A DNA stretch of 63,899 bases, filler included, from Ministeria vibrans ATCC 50519 (lineage: Eukaryota; Protista; Filasterea), in the NCBI GenBank assembly GCA_943704425.1. It is 5 parts of 5 records of this genome, joined end to end, with 100 filler letters (N's around TTAATTAATTAA, not from the genome) between each part and the next. Parts side by side here need not be neighbours in the genome. Positions count along the whole stretch, not along the records: positions 1 to 26,628 come from CALSCP010000025.1; 4 more parts are not named here. One strand, written 5' to 3'. Each line of letters starts with the position of its first letter. Position 1 is the stretch's first letter. Below the pieces are notes generated by a model. It saw only the letters and a list, made by a program, of their open reading frames with translations, searched no databases and was not told the origin of the DNA. A program made the translations under genes and the position numbers. Shown here piece after piece: positions 1-14,015 of this stretch.

Positions 1-380
1 GATCCACGGCTGGCGGTAGTGACATTGCTGTAGTCGTTGGGTTGGGTGCGCAATGCGGCATAGCGAGCCCATTCGTGGACGTGAAGGTCGTCGCGAATGG
101 GCTCACCTGCCAACAATAGCACAATGGAGCTTTCGGGTCGGAGCGTCACTTGTGCAATAGCTTGGCGCACCTCCGCAACTGTGTCGTGTGCTGCAAAGAT
201 ACTCTGGTGGACGAGCTCCTCGGGCATGATCAAAAGACGCACAAGAACGCCGTCGTTGTCAAGGGCGTTGCTAGGTTGCATTTCTGAGGTTAAGCGCAAG
301 TGCGCTTTTCCACTTGATGGCGCCCCTGCTAACTGATGCGGTGTCAAAGGTAGATGGGAGTAGACATTGTCCTCAGACAT
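1..380 (-). CDS. Partial (3'-truncated at window edge) protein with N-terminal ubiquitin-like domain, possibly IQUB-like
   Basis: ATG at 380 after an AT-rich region, open frame to position 1: MSEDNVYSHL...DGVLVRLLIMPEELVHQSIFAAHDTVAEVRQAIAQVTLRPESSIVLLLAGEPIRDDLHVHEW, a beta-grasp-like pattern. Divergent from the dynein gene. IQUB identity is a guess. Confidence 0.5.
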   Translation of the reverse strand, partial: MSEDNVYSHLPLTPHQLAGAPSSGKAHLRLTSEMQPSNALDNDGVLVRLLIMPEELVHQSIFAAHDTVAEVRQAIAQVTLRPESSIVLLLAGEPIRDDLHVHEWARYAALRTQPNDYSNVTTASRG

Positions 381-714
381 GATTAATAAATTGATTTTAT
401 TAAATTTATATATACACGGTACTATTTCAATTTTTCTTATTCAAGTTGTATTTTGCTGAGTAACTCCTGTCAGTCCTGTCAGTCCTGTGGTCTGTGAAGT
501 GTGTAGTTTGGTATACGTAGTGACATAGTTTGGTGATAAGTGATTGTTGATAGATTTAACCGTGAGCCCACTGATCACTATTATTATTATTTCTCATTAT
601 CCTTCTTCTGTCGACATACTTCGCTCGACTCCTCGATCGACAGTATAATATAATTAACTTTATCGCCCTCGACGGCGCACTTGCCACTTGGTGTAACTCG
701 TGCCAACGCCAAAA

Positions 715-3700
715 ATGAGTAAGCGTCTGTTACCAAGGCAACCACTCTTTTTTAGAAAATAAAAAATAAAAACAACCTGTTCCTCCTTTCGTTCAGGTGA
801 CACGAGGTCTTTGTCTGCGTTCATGGACGACGACACGAGTCGCTCCGAGATGTCGGGATATGCGGCTGGCTCGTCAAGCGAACGGGTGCCCAATTCTCAT
901 GATTTGCCAGCCCTCGTCCAGCGTCTGAAACGCGGCGAAGAACGAAAAGCTGCCAACCAAAGCTTGTCACCTCGACGACACGACTTGTCCATGTACAAGT
1001 CCAAGTCGTCTTTGGCCGCCAGCAGGTGTGCAAAATTTTCTCCATCACCAATCAACACATCACATTTTCTTGTTGACATATTTGTTCTCTACTCTCAGTA
1101 TCAACGACTTACGCCAGGCTCTTGATCCATCCCGTGATCATACTCTCCAGTCCTTACTGTACCCGCCATATATAGCTTCTTCTTCCCGTTAGTACATGTC
1201 TTAATGTCTTTGACTTACTTAGGATCGCCACTGCAGCGAAGAAGCGTCAAGCGACTCGTCAGCGCGTTCTTGAGCAAGAACCGCCCCCGTCTCCACCTCA
1301 ACTCGAGCCCGAGCTGCAACCCAGCGCAAAGAAGCAACAAGCGGATTTTTTTGCGTTTCTCCGCTCACGCGTCGAGCAACAGTCTGAGGGTGAGCTTGAC
1401 GGTGCCTCGCTTACTCGCATCCTCTCGCTCGTCCCCGCCCCTCTCCGCGCCCACCCTTCTCTTCAACCTCTTGTTCACACTCTCATCAAGCACATCAAAG
1501 AAGAGTATGTTCGTGCCGAGACCGAATTTAATGTTCACTCGCGCATTCGTGTCCCAGACGAACGTAAAACCTGAAACATCCGAGAGAGCACAAACAAGAA
1601 AAAAAAACGAAGAAAAAAAACCATTTCACACTGCATTGTTTAGTTCTGTTCGACGAGGGGCGTCCTTTGAACGTCGTTGCACAGTCGGCTGTAAGGCACT
1701 CACGCGCACTGGAGAGTCAACCGCGCGCACCCGAGTCGGGCTTGGCCGTCGCCTGTGACTGGCACAACACCTTCTGTGACGCGCGCGTTCGCCTCGCCCC
1801 CTCATTGCACCTGGGTCATCCACATCTACAAGCTCTGTTACGACTCAACACCAAGCATTCACCGCACGTGTCCATGGCCGACGCATCTGTGGCGCGCACC
1901 AGCTCGGGCGGTGCCGTCGAGGTCTTTGCCTTCCGTGAACACGCGCGTGCAGCAGCAGAGCGCGCCGAGTCGCTTGTGCTCAACCGCTGGTACGCCGAAA
2001 TTATTGCTACCTTCCTCGACAACGACAAGGGTGACTCTGTCCCATCGTCGCTGTTTGGCGCTGCTGAGACACTCGTGGGAAACCAGATGCGAGCACTGCT
2101 GCACCGCTCTTTGGATGAGTATGTTACATTTTACACTAACCAAGAGCGCATCCACTGCCACTTGACGGTAGCAGGCATGCCGCTCTTTGCCGTGCGTCTT
2201 GCCCTTGCACCCACCACCACAACCAAAAACAGCCCACCACCATCATCATCATCACTACAGCTACACAACAACGATCGTCTGGTGGTTTTTGAGCCGTCCA
2301 TCGATGAGATCTTGCACAGCGTGACACACGTCTGCGACGTTATCACCGACATGCTTGCTTCGCTGCCCCTTATCCACACCCAAGTCTTGCCCATCAGTCA
2401 TCATCATGAGAGTTCCACCACAGCACGCTTCATTCCCTGTCGCGTTGACCCGCCTGTCATTGCACACGCAAAGACCCTCATTCAACATCACTTGACAGTC
2501 TACATTGAACAGGCTCGCAACTGCCACGCTCGTGTCGTCGCCGAATTTGCCTCGTTGCTTACCCATCAGCTTGATATGCATGTTACTGAGCTTCTTGACG
2601 CCGAGACTCCCCTTCTCGACTATGAGACTCTCATTGGCGAAATCAACGACATTCGCTCTCTCATCGATCGCGTGCGTCTCTTCAACGACCTCGAACACAC
2701 CACCATGTTCCAGCTTGACTATGCCGAGGTATCAGACTCTTATTTTCCCATCAATGTCACTTGGATCAACTCAAGCATCTTTGTTTTTTTTTGTTTTTTT
2801 GTTGTTCATCTCACCCAGTTGAAGGAGAGCTTGCTTGAACTGGCGCACGTACAGATGCGTCGACTCACAGATCGGCTGCTGGCCGACCACATGGCAGATG
2901 CACAGGCAATCTGCGATGAATACGAAGCGATTGCACGACGTGCATTGACCGTGCCGCAAACCACACAGGAGATGGTGAAGCAAGTAGACTTTGTGCACCA
3001 TGCCGTGATGCACGATGTCAATCGTCTGACGGCGCGCGTCAGTCTTGCAGCCAAGCGCATGGCCGCCCTGCTTGATGTGTCCGACACCCTTGATGATTCC
3101 GAGACAATCTTTGCACTCAACGAGACCGTAGTGCGCTGGCCGGCGCGCATCCAACCCATCTTTGACGAGAACAACGAGATTGTCATGAGCGCCCGACAGC
3201 GCAGCGAGCGTGATCTGCAGGAGAAGCGCGACCAGGTGTCGGCGATGCTTGAGGCAAGCGGGCGAAAGGCGGAGCAGTGTGCTGATTGGGGTACGGTGGC
3301 GGAGGTGCGCAAGTATGCTCGGGAGGTGCAGACGGTGCAGCGACAGCTCGAAGAGGCAAACCAGCTGATTGCGCATGTGAACAACGAGGAGCGTCTCTTT
3401 GAGTGGGAGCCCACCGAGTACCCGCGCGTCGCCGAAATCACCGCGCTCATTGAGCCCTACACGCGTCTTTACTTGCACGCTCTCAAATGGGAGAAGTCCT
3501 TGCGGCGCTGGATGGACTCAAGTCTGGGTGAGTTTCCGTCCGAGACCATTGAGACGGAGACGGACGAGATGCACCGTGACTGCTTCAAGTTTGCCAAGAT
3601 CTTTGACAAGCAATTTGCGCCCCGTCAGCTGGCCCTCGACGTCCGTGCTGCCATTTCCAACTTCAAGAAGAACTCTCCTATGATTCAAGTAAAGAGGCAA

Positions 3701-5966
3701 AAAAAAAAAAAATAAGGAGAGAGAAACAACAAACTCACAACGCGCCTTTGCGCGCATTGTTTTTATATAGATCTTTTGCAATCCGGGAATGCGCGAGAGA
3801 CACTGGGAGCGCATGTCGAGCCTGGTGGAACGCGACATTACGCCCGACAGCACCACGTCGCTGCGGAGCATGCTGAAAATGAATCTCACGGCCTACTTGG
3901 GCGAGCTTGCGTTGGTGAGCGAGGCGGCGAGCAAGGAGCACTCGCTGGAGACGGCATTGCAACGCATGAAAGGCGAGTGGGATGGCGTTCAGTTTACCCT
4001 TGCGGCGTATCGTGACACGGGCATTCGTGTGCTCTCGGCCATAGACGATCTCCAGTCTATGCTCGACGACCAGATTGTCAAGACACAGACCATGCGTGGC
4101 TCACAATTTATCGCGCCCATCGAGGGGCCCGTGCAGGAGTGGGAGAGCCGTCTGGTGTACACGCAGGAAACCATTGACGAGTGGTTGCGCGTGCAGGCAC
4201 AGTGGCTTGCACTTGAGCCCATCTTCAGCAGCGACGACATCAACCGACAGATGCCACAGGAGGGCAAGATGTTCCAGCAGGTGGATCGGACCTGGCGCGA
4301 AGTGATGGAAGTGGTCGAGCACGACTCTCAAGTGATGACCGCCATGGACCTTCCCAATCTCCGCCAACGCTTTTGCGATGCCAACGGTCTGCTCGACGCC
4401 ATCAATCGTGGTCTTCAGAGCTACCTCGAGGTCAAGCGACTCTTCTTCCCACGCTTCTTTTTTCTCAGCGATGACGAAATGCTCGAGATCCTCAGCGAGA
4501 CCAAGGACCCGACACGCGTTCAACCCCACCTGAAGAAGTGCTTCCAAGGCATCAACAAGCTGGAGTTTGACGACGAGCTTGTCATCCATGCCATGCTGAG
4601 TAGCGAAGGAGAGCGCATCAAAACAAGTTCGGCCATCAGCACGGCCGACGCCAAAGGTGCCGTCGAGCGATGGCTGCTGCAAGTGCAAGATGTGATGCGT
4701 GTGAGTGTGCGTCGTATCATTGAGGACGGCATCGATGCTTACGCGACCGACCCTCGCATTCAATGGGTGCTCGACTGGCCCGGTCAGGTGGTGTTGTGCG
4801 CGAGCCAGGTGTACTGGACACGTGAGGTGCACGCTGCCATCACTGACGGGGGACCACACGGTCTGCGCGCCTACCATGCGCGTCTCACCGAACAGCTTGA
4901 TGCTATTGTGGAACTGGTGCGTGGTCGACTTCCCAAACTCAATCGGGTTGCGCTCGGGGCACTCGTTGTCATCGATGTGCACGCTCGTGACGTCGTCCAT
5001 ACCATGGCCATCAAGGGTGTTGCCAAGGAGAACGACTTTGAGTGGCTCTCCCAGCTGCGTTACTACTGGCAGGACAACCAGGTCCAAGCGTGTATGATCA
5101 ACGCACAAGTCGAGTACGGCTACGAATACCTAGGCAACACCGGGCGACTAGTCATTACGCCGCTCACGGACCGTTGCTACCGCACTCTGATGGGTGCGTA
5201 CCACTTGCACCTTGGTGGCGCACCCGAAGGCCCCGCTGGCACTGGCAAGACGGAGACAGTCAAGGATTTGGCCAAGGCGCTCGCGACGCAGTGTGTCGTC
5301 TTTAACTGCTCCGATGGTCTCGACTACCTTGCCATGGGCAAGTTCTTCAAAGGTCTTGCCAGTACGGGTGCCTGGTCGTGCTTCGACGAGTTCAATCGCA
5401 TCGAGCTGGAAGTGCTCTCGGTCATTGCCCAGCAGATTCTCACCATCCAGCGCGCCATCATTGCGGGCGTCGACAGCTTCGTCTTCGAGGGCACCGAACT
5501 TGCTCTCAACCCCAAGTGCGCCGTCTACATCACCATGAATCCCGGCTATGCTGGTCGTTCCGATCTTCCCGGTACGGAACAAATTTAAACCCCCATTCTA
5601 ACTATTACCTCTTTAACTTTCTGCCAATCAATCTCATTTTTCGTTTATCCGTTTTTGCTTCGTAGACAATCTCAAGGCGCTGTTCCGCACTGTGGCCATG
5701 ATGGTCCCCGACTACGCTATGATTGCCGAGATCATGCTGTACTCGTATGGCTTTGTGCATGCGCGTGAGCTCTCTGTCAAGATTGTTACCACATACAAAC
5801 TGTGCAGTGAACAGCTGTCGTCGCAGCCACACTACGACTACGGTATGCGTGCGGTCAAGGCAGTCCTCACCGCTGCTGGTAGCCTCAAACTACGCTTTCC
5901 CACCGAGGACGAAAACATTCTAATGCTACGATCCATTGCCGACGCCAATCTCCGTAAGGCGATGGC

Positions 5967-6022
<56 letters not shown>

Positions 6023-9000
6023 TATAACAATAACAATAACAATAATAATTTTACGTTTTTTTCAACCCCTCAGCGAAATTTCTTGCTCATGACATTCCCC
6101 TGTTTGAGGGCATCATCAGTGATTTATTTCCTGGCATTCGCCTGCCCGATCCCGACTACCAGGACCTCCTGTGGGCCATCCACAAGAACTGTGCTGCTCG
6201 TCGTCTGCAGCCAACCAGCTTCTTTGTCAGCAAGGTTATTCAGACCTACGAAATGATGTTGGTATGCGGTGCAGCAAAACTGAAAGAATACCTTTTTCTA
6301 ATTGTCTCTCTGTCTCCTTGGGGGTTTGTTTAAAAAAATAGGTTCGACACGGATTTATGCTTGTGGGCGGTTCACTTGCCGGCAAAACGGAAGTGTTGAA
6401 AGTGCTGCAAGGCGCTCTGTGTGACCTGGCAGAGGCAGGCAAGATGAGTGAGCGTCGCACGCACTACCGCATCATCAATCCCAAGGCGGTGACTATCAAA
6501 CAGTTGTTTGGTCAGTTTGATGCAGTGAGTCACGAGTGGACCGATGGCGTGGTCGCCAACATCTTCCGCGAGTTTGCTTCGGCCGACAACAACGATCGCA
6601 AGTGGCTGTCGTTCTGTGGTCCAGTCGACACGCTCTGGATTGAGTCTTGTACGCTTTGTGCACTATACTTACTACCTATTACTAAACCTTTCTCTACTTC
6701 TCTCCGTAGTGTAAGTGCTGAACAAGTTGGTCTTCTCGACATTACATTCTCGTTTACTATTGTTGTCCGACTTATGTATTCTCCCACTGACTCACTTTCT
6801 TTAGGAATACTGTTTTGGACGACAACAAGATTTTGTGCCTGATGAGTGGCGAAATCATTCAAATGAGCGCCTCAATGAGTCTTATCTTTGAAACGATGGA
6901 TTTGTCTCAGGCAAGTCCGGCCACCGTCTCACGCTGTGGTATGATCTACATGGAACCGGCATCGCTTGGCTGGCGACCCCTCGTCTCGTCGTGGATTGAG
7001 CGATACCTTGGCGAGCGGGCTCGAGTTGAGGCGGACGAAGGAGACGCGCCGCCTGCTGTCCCTGCCTCTGCCACGGTGGTGTTTGGTGAGCGCGAGCGGG
7101 GCTATGTGAAAGGTGCCATTGAGTGGCTTGCGCCACTGCTGTTGGCCTTTGTGCGACGTTCGTGCACCGAAATGGTGGAGACGAGCGATGGACATTTGGT
7201 GGTGAGTCTGTTCAAACTCATTGAAATGCAGCTCGACGAGTTGCGTGCGACCGAGTTTCAGGCGGCACCCTCGCCCGACCTGGTGCAGTCGTGGCTTTTT
7301 GGCACCCTTGTGTTTGCGGCCATTTGGGGCCTTGGGGGCACACTGGACCGTGTCTCTCGTACCAAGTTTGACGTGTTTTTGCGTCGCCTGCTTGGAGTGG
7401 GCACGCGCGAGCAGCGCAGTGCTCTTGCCGCTGAAGTGATGACGCCGCTCCAGATGGAGCAGGCCGACGCAGAAAGCGCACTGCCGAAAACGTTTAAGGT
7501 TGAGGTAGCGCTGCCCGAGACCGCCGACTGCTTCACCTTTCAGTTTGTGCGTCGAGGCGGTCGAGGCAAATGGATTCCTTGGACCGAAGGACTCGTCACG
7601 ACGATTGATGCGCCACGCACAACACTCATGAGCGAGCTGACGGTGCCCACTATGGACACGGCACGCTACACGCGTCTCATGGACATGGGTATTCGTGCGG
7701 GGCGTCCAATGGTGTTTGTGGGACCGACGGGCACGGGCAAGTCGACGTATGCCAAGAACCTGCTCGTGCGCGACCTGCCTCGGGACCAGTTCACCCCCGT
7801 GTTTATCAACTTCTCAGCACAGACGACTGCAAATCAGACGCAGTCGATGATCATGAGCAAACTGGACAAGCGGCGACGCGGCGTGTATGGCCCGCAGATG
7901 GGACACAAGTGCGTCGTGTTTGTCGATGACATCAACATGCCGGCCCTCGAGCAGTACGGCGCGCAGCCGCCTATCGAGCTGTTGCGTCAGCTCCTCGACC
8001 AGGAACAGTGGTACGACCTCAAGGATACGTTGCCAATTAAACTGGTGGACGTGCAACTTGTCGCCGCCATGTGTCCTCCGGGTGGCGGTCGTGCGGCCAT
8101 TTCGTCGCGTTTGCTGCGCCACTTTAATGTCGTGAGCGTGTGTGACTTTGACGATGACTCACTGGTGCGTATCTTCTCGACCATTGTTGACTGGTTTCTG
8201 CGTGTCAACGAGTTTGACGCGTCTCTCATTACACCGGGAAAGCAGTTGGTACATGCCACGGCGGACGTGTACAAGGCGGCCGTGGCAAATCTGCTGCCAA
8301 CCCCGGCCAAGAGCCACTACACCTTTAACTTGCGCGACTTCTCGCGTGTCATTGAGGGTGTGCTTCTGCTGCAACCCCACAGCTTCGCGTCATCTGCATC
8401 TTCTTCTTCTGTTGCTCGTATGAGCCGCGTGTGGACCCACGAGATCTACCGCGTGTTCTACGATCGTCTAGTGGACGACGGTGATCGCGCCTGGCTCCAC
8501 GAGTGCGCTCGCAAGACCATGGAGAAGCGCTTCCAAATGCGCATGGAGGAGGTCTTTGCCGATTTGCGTGGCGACACTGCTACTGCAGTGGGGCCCGTTC
8601 AAGAGGCGCATTTGCGCAAGCTCATATACTCGCACATGGCATGCGACGCGCCCGAGTCTGCGCTCTCGGCTACGGCCAATGCCGCCACTCCCGCCGCGAC
8701 GGCCGCCTCAATCCAGTGCGCCTACCGCGAAATGGGCGACCTTGCATCAATGCGTGCGGGTGTGGTGGCACAGCTCGAGGAGTACAACCAGACGCACAAG
8801 GCCCAGATGCGCCTGGTGGTCTTTCCGTACGTGCTCGAGCACCTAGCGCGCATTGCACGTCTGCTGCGGACACCCGGTGGCAATGTGATGCTTGTTGGTG
8901 TGGGCGGTAGTGGGCGACAGTCGCTGACCCGACTTGCAACCTTCACGGCCGAAATGGGATTGTTTACTCCCGAGATTACTAAGTCGTATGGACGTGCGGA

Positions 9001-11115
9001 GTGGTGCGAGGATCTCAAGGCGCTGCTGCGACGCGCCGGTGGCAAGGGCGAGGAGACGGTCTTCTTGCTGACCGATGCGCAAATCAAGGATGAGTCATTC
9101 CTCGAGGACGTCAGCAATCTGCTGAATACGGCCGAAGTACCCAATTTGTATGCGCCCGACGAACGCCAAGAGATCATGGACATGGTGCGCGTGGCCCTGC
9201 GCGACTCGGGACAGCCGTCCGAGTTGTCACCGTTGGCACTCTTCCAAGCGTTTGTCGATCGTTGCCGAGCCAACCTGCACATTGTGTTGTGCATGTCGCC
9301 CATTGGCACGGCCTTTCGTAGTCGTCTGCGGCAGTACCCGTCGCTCATCAACTGCTGCACCATTGACTGGTTTCAGCCGTGGCCCGCCGACGGCCTGCAG
9401 ACGGTTGCCGAAGAATTTCTGGCCGACGTGGAGTTGGCGGACGACGAGCGACATGCCGTGGTGACTCTCTGCCAGTATTTCCACACGTCCGTGGCGGCCC
9501 TGAGCGAGCGATTTGCGGCACAACTGGCTCGTCATAACTATGTGACGCCCACAAGCTACTTGGAGCTTATTAGTACGTTTAAGGAGGTGCTGACACGTCG
9601 TCGAGACGAGGTGGTGTGGCAGCGACGACGCTACGAGGTGGGATTGGAGCGTCTGGCGTTTGCCAGCGAGCAAGTGGTGGACATGCAGCGCGAGCTAGAG
9701 TTGCTCAAGCCGCAGTTGGTGGTGGCTCAACGCAAAAATCAAGAAATGCTGGTAGTCATACAGGAAGAGTCGAAGCAAGTGCAGGCCACGAGTGAGATGG
9801 TGAGTGCCGAGGAGACGACGGCCAATGCGCAGGCAGAGAGTGCGCGGCTGCTCAAAGAGGAGTGCGAGGCGGACCTGAGCGAGGCGATGCCGGCCCTGAA
9901 TGCGGCTGTGACAGCACTTAACACGCTGCGCCCGAGTGACATTGCCATTGTAAAGACAATGAAGACACCGCCGACAGTGATCAAGCTGGTGCTTGAGTCG
10001 GTCTGCGTCATGTTCCAGAAGCGACCGGCACGCGTGCCCGACCCGCGCGGCACAGGCAAGATGATTGACGACTACTGGCCGACGAGTGTCAAGATGCTGG
10101 GCGACATGAAGTTTCTTGAGTCGCTCATTGGCTACGAGAAGGACACCATTCCGGCGTCGGTCATGCAGCGCATCCGATCCGACTTTATTCCACATGCCGA
10201 CTTTGTGCCTGACAAGGTGGCCAAGGCGTCGAGTGCGGCCGAGGGATTGTGCAAGTGGGTGCGTGCCATTGAAGTGTACGATCGTGTCGCCAAGGTGGTG
10301 ACGCCTAAGAAGGCGGCACTGGCCAGTGCCGAAGCAGAACTGGCTGCCACCATAGCATTGCTGCAGGAGAAGCGTCGGTTGCTGGCGGAGGTGCAAGCCA
10401 AGTTGGGAGCACTCGAGGCCAAGTTTTCCTCGATGCAGGCGGAGAAGGAGCGACTGGAGGCACAGGTGGATTTGTGTACTACCAAGCTAGTGCGAGCCGA
10501 GCAGCTGATTGGCGGGCTGGGAGGCGAGCAGGAGCGGTGGCGTGCGGCCGCAAAGACGCTGAGCGAGACGTACCGCAACTTGACGGGCGACGTGCTTGTT
10601 GCGTCGGGTGTCATTGCCTACTTGGGTGCATTTACGTCGACGTATCGCCGCGAGTGCACTACCGAATGGCTTGCAACCTGTCAGCGGCTCAGCGTGCGCT
10701 GTAGCGACGCCGACAATTTTTCGCTGACACGATTGTTAGGCGATCCGGTGGCCGTGCGCGCATGGAACATTGCGGGACTGCCACACGACCCCTTTTCCAT
10801 CGACAACGGTGTCATTGTGGCCAATGGGCGTCGTTGGCCGTTGATCATCGATCCACAAGGTCAGGCGAACAAGTGGATCCGCAACATGGAGCGCGATCGA
10901 GGTTTGCAGGTCGTCAAGCTGAGCGACTCGGACTTTGCGCGCACTCTCGAGAATGCCGTTCAGTTTGGTCAGCCGGTGCTTATTGAGAATGTCGGAGAGG
11001 AGCTCGATCCGACCCTCGAGCCGCTTCTCATGAAGCAGACCTTCAAGCAAGGTATTGCAATAAAGATAAAAATTAAGGGTATCAATGATCGATTGGAACT
11101 CGTGTTTGTGTTTGT

Positions 11116-11146
<31 letters not shown>

Positions 11147-13984
11147 CTTAGGGGGCGTGATGAGCATTCGATTTGGTGATTCGGTGATTGAGTATTCGGA
11201 TAACTTCCGATTGTACATTACGACAAAATTGCCCAACCCGCATTTCCTTCCAGAGCTCAGTGTCAAGGTAAAGAATGCAAAAAGGGAGAAAATGAAAAGA
11301 ATTGATATTTCATTGATATTGATTGAGACGTACTGTTGTTTTTTTTTTGTTTCGAAGGTGACTGTGCTCAACTTTATGATCACACAAGAGGGACTGGAAG
11401 ATCAGCTGTTGGGGCTTGTTGTAGCCAAGGAACGACCCGAGTTGGAGGCAGAGAAGAACCAGTTGATTGTGCAGTCGGCTGAAAATAAGAAACTGCTCAA
11501 AGAGATTGAGGATCGAGTAAGCCTCAGAAAATAAGAAAAGTGCATTTTTATTGTTTTTATTTTATTTTTTTCTTGTTTTTTTTTGATTATTGTTTTTTAG
11601 ATTCTTGAAACGATGTCCTCGGTGGAAGGGAACATTCTGGAGAGCGAAGAGGCTGTGGTGATATTGTCGGAGTCGAAGAAGCTGAGTGATGAGATTAGTG
11701 CGAAGCAACAGATTGCGGAGGAGACGGAACGGAAGATTGATGAGTCGCGCTTGGGCTATCAAGGGATTGCGGAGCACTCTGCGCTGTTGTTTTTTGCGTT
11801 GACGGAGCTGTCGCATGTTGATCCGATGTACCAGTACTCTTTATCGTGGTTTATTTGGCTGTTTACGCTGAGCATTGAACAGAGCAATAAGAGTCGTGTG
11901 CTTGAGAAGCGTTTGCGCTATCTCACGGACCATTTCACCTACTCATTATATTGCAATGTGTGTCGGTCGCTCTTTGAGAAGGACAAGTTGCTTTTTTCGT
12001 TTCTTCTCGCCCTGCAGGTACGACACTTACTATATAATATTGTTGATGTATTAAGAAAAATGGAGAAGAGGAGAGCTGTGTAAACAAGACTATATACCAA
12101 GCATCACAACACAAGGTGCAAGTTGTGACTCCTTTGTGTTTTTAGTTGGGACGGAAGCAAGGAGAGATGCAACAGGAAGAGTTAACGTTTCTTCTGACAG
12201 GCGGGGTGGGGCTGTCCAATGAGCATGCGCAGCCAACGGAGACAGCGGACTGGCTGAGTACGCGCAGCTGGGACGAGCTGTGTCGGTTGGTGGAGGGTAC
12301 GTGTGCGGCCACTAGCAAAGCGTTTGCGGGGCTTCTCTTGGACTTTGCGCGTGAGGAGAGTGCGCGCGAGGAGTGGCGCGTGTTTCATGGATCGCGCACA
12401 CCGGAGACGGCGCCGTTGCCAAAGCAGTGGCAATCGCGTGTGACGCCCTTCCGCCGTCTCCTGCTGGTGCGTGCTCTGCGACCCGACAAACTGACTGCGG
12501 CCATCACACGCTATGTCAATGAGCGTCTTGGGGCGCGGTTTGTCGAGCCGCCACCACTTGATTTGGAAGGGACGTTTCGCGACTCGCACGCCAGCACTCC
12601 CATTGTGTTTGTGCTTTCAGCGGGAGCCGATCCAATGGCACAGCTGAGTCGCTTTGCCGTTCTCAAAGGATTCGAAGGGGACCGATTTCAGTCCATCTCG
12701 CTCGGTCAAGGGCAAGGACCCATTGCACAGGTAGAATAAAATGAAGAAAACATGAAATGAAAATTCGAGAGAGAGACAGAGAAGAGGGAGAAAGAGAGGA
12801 CAGTGACATAAAGGGGGAAAAAAAAAACAAAACTAATCTAATTAATTTTTCTTAGGCGATGATTCAGCGTGCCACCAAAACAGGCTCATGGGTGGTGCTG
12901 CAGAACTGTCACCTGGCCGTGTCGTGGCTGCCAACCCTCGAGCGGCTGTGTGACGACCTTGGCCGTCGCAGCAGTCCCTCAGACAGTGATGATCCGGGCG
13001 AGGCTGTCCATCCCGAGTTCCGTCTCTGGCTCACTTCCTATCCCTCCAAGAGCTTTCCCGTGGCCATTCTTCAAAATGGTGTCAAATTGATCACAGAAGG
13101 TACACTCGCAATACTATTTTATCAACATTGCAACTTTCTTCTCTTATAGCGCCAAAGGGATTGCGGCAGAATCTCCTCCGCTCATACACATCTGATCCCA
13201 TCTCAGGTAAAAGAAAGAAAAACAAAAAAAAAGCTATTGACGCTTTTTTATTATTATGGTGTATGTACAGATACGCAGTTCTTTGGGGGAACAGTGAGCA
13301 GCGAGCGTGAGTGTGTGTGGCAGAAACTGCTGTTTGGATTGTGCTTCTTCCATGCGATTGTCCAGGAGCGCAGACAGTTTGGTCCTCAGGGGTTCAACAT
13401 TCCGTATGAGTTCAATGAGTCGGATCTCCGGTATGTAATTGTGACTCTAGTTTGTCATTGATTGACTGACTGACTTACGTGTCGTGTTTTAGGATCTCAT
13501 TGCGTCAGTTGCAAATGTTTCTTGATGAGACGTACGATGTGGTTCCCTTTGATGCACTGTTCTATCTGATTGGACAGTGTAACTACGGTGGACGGGTTAC
13601 GGACGATTGGGACAGACGCACAGTCACTCATTTGCTTGAAGGGTATCAAAAAACAACGGGGAGAGAGAAATTGTAGTTTGTGAGAAAGCGAAGAAAAAGT
13701 GACTCTGTGAGTGGAACGAAAGTCGAAAGATCGATAGAGAGAATGTGTGTGTGTGTGTGGATAAGTGTGTGTGGATAAGTGTGTGTGTGTGTGTGTCTTT
13801 GTGGTGTGTGTGTGTGTCTTTGTGGTGTGTGTGTATGTATGTCTTTGTGTGTGTGGAAAAGTGTGTGTGTGTGTGTCTTTGTGTGTGTGGAAAAGTGTGT
13901 GTGTGTGTGTGTGTGTCTTTGTGGTGTGTGTGTGTGTCTTTGTGGTGTGTGTGTATGTCTTTGTGTGTGTGGGAAAGTGTGTGA

Positions 13985-14015
<31 letters not shown>

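Noticed and set aside
2730-2819. Hydrophobic FVFFCFFVV segment as a transmembrane insert in dynein
   Set aside because: It is an in-frame GT-AG intron without a stop codon.
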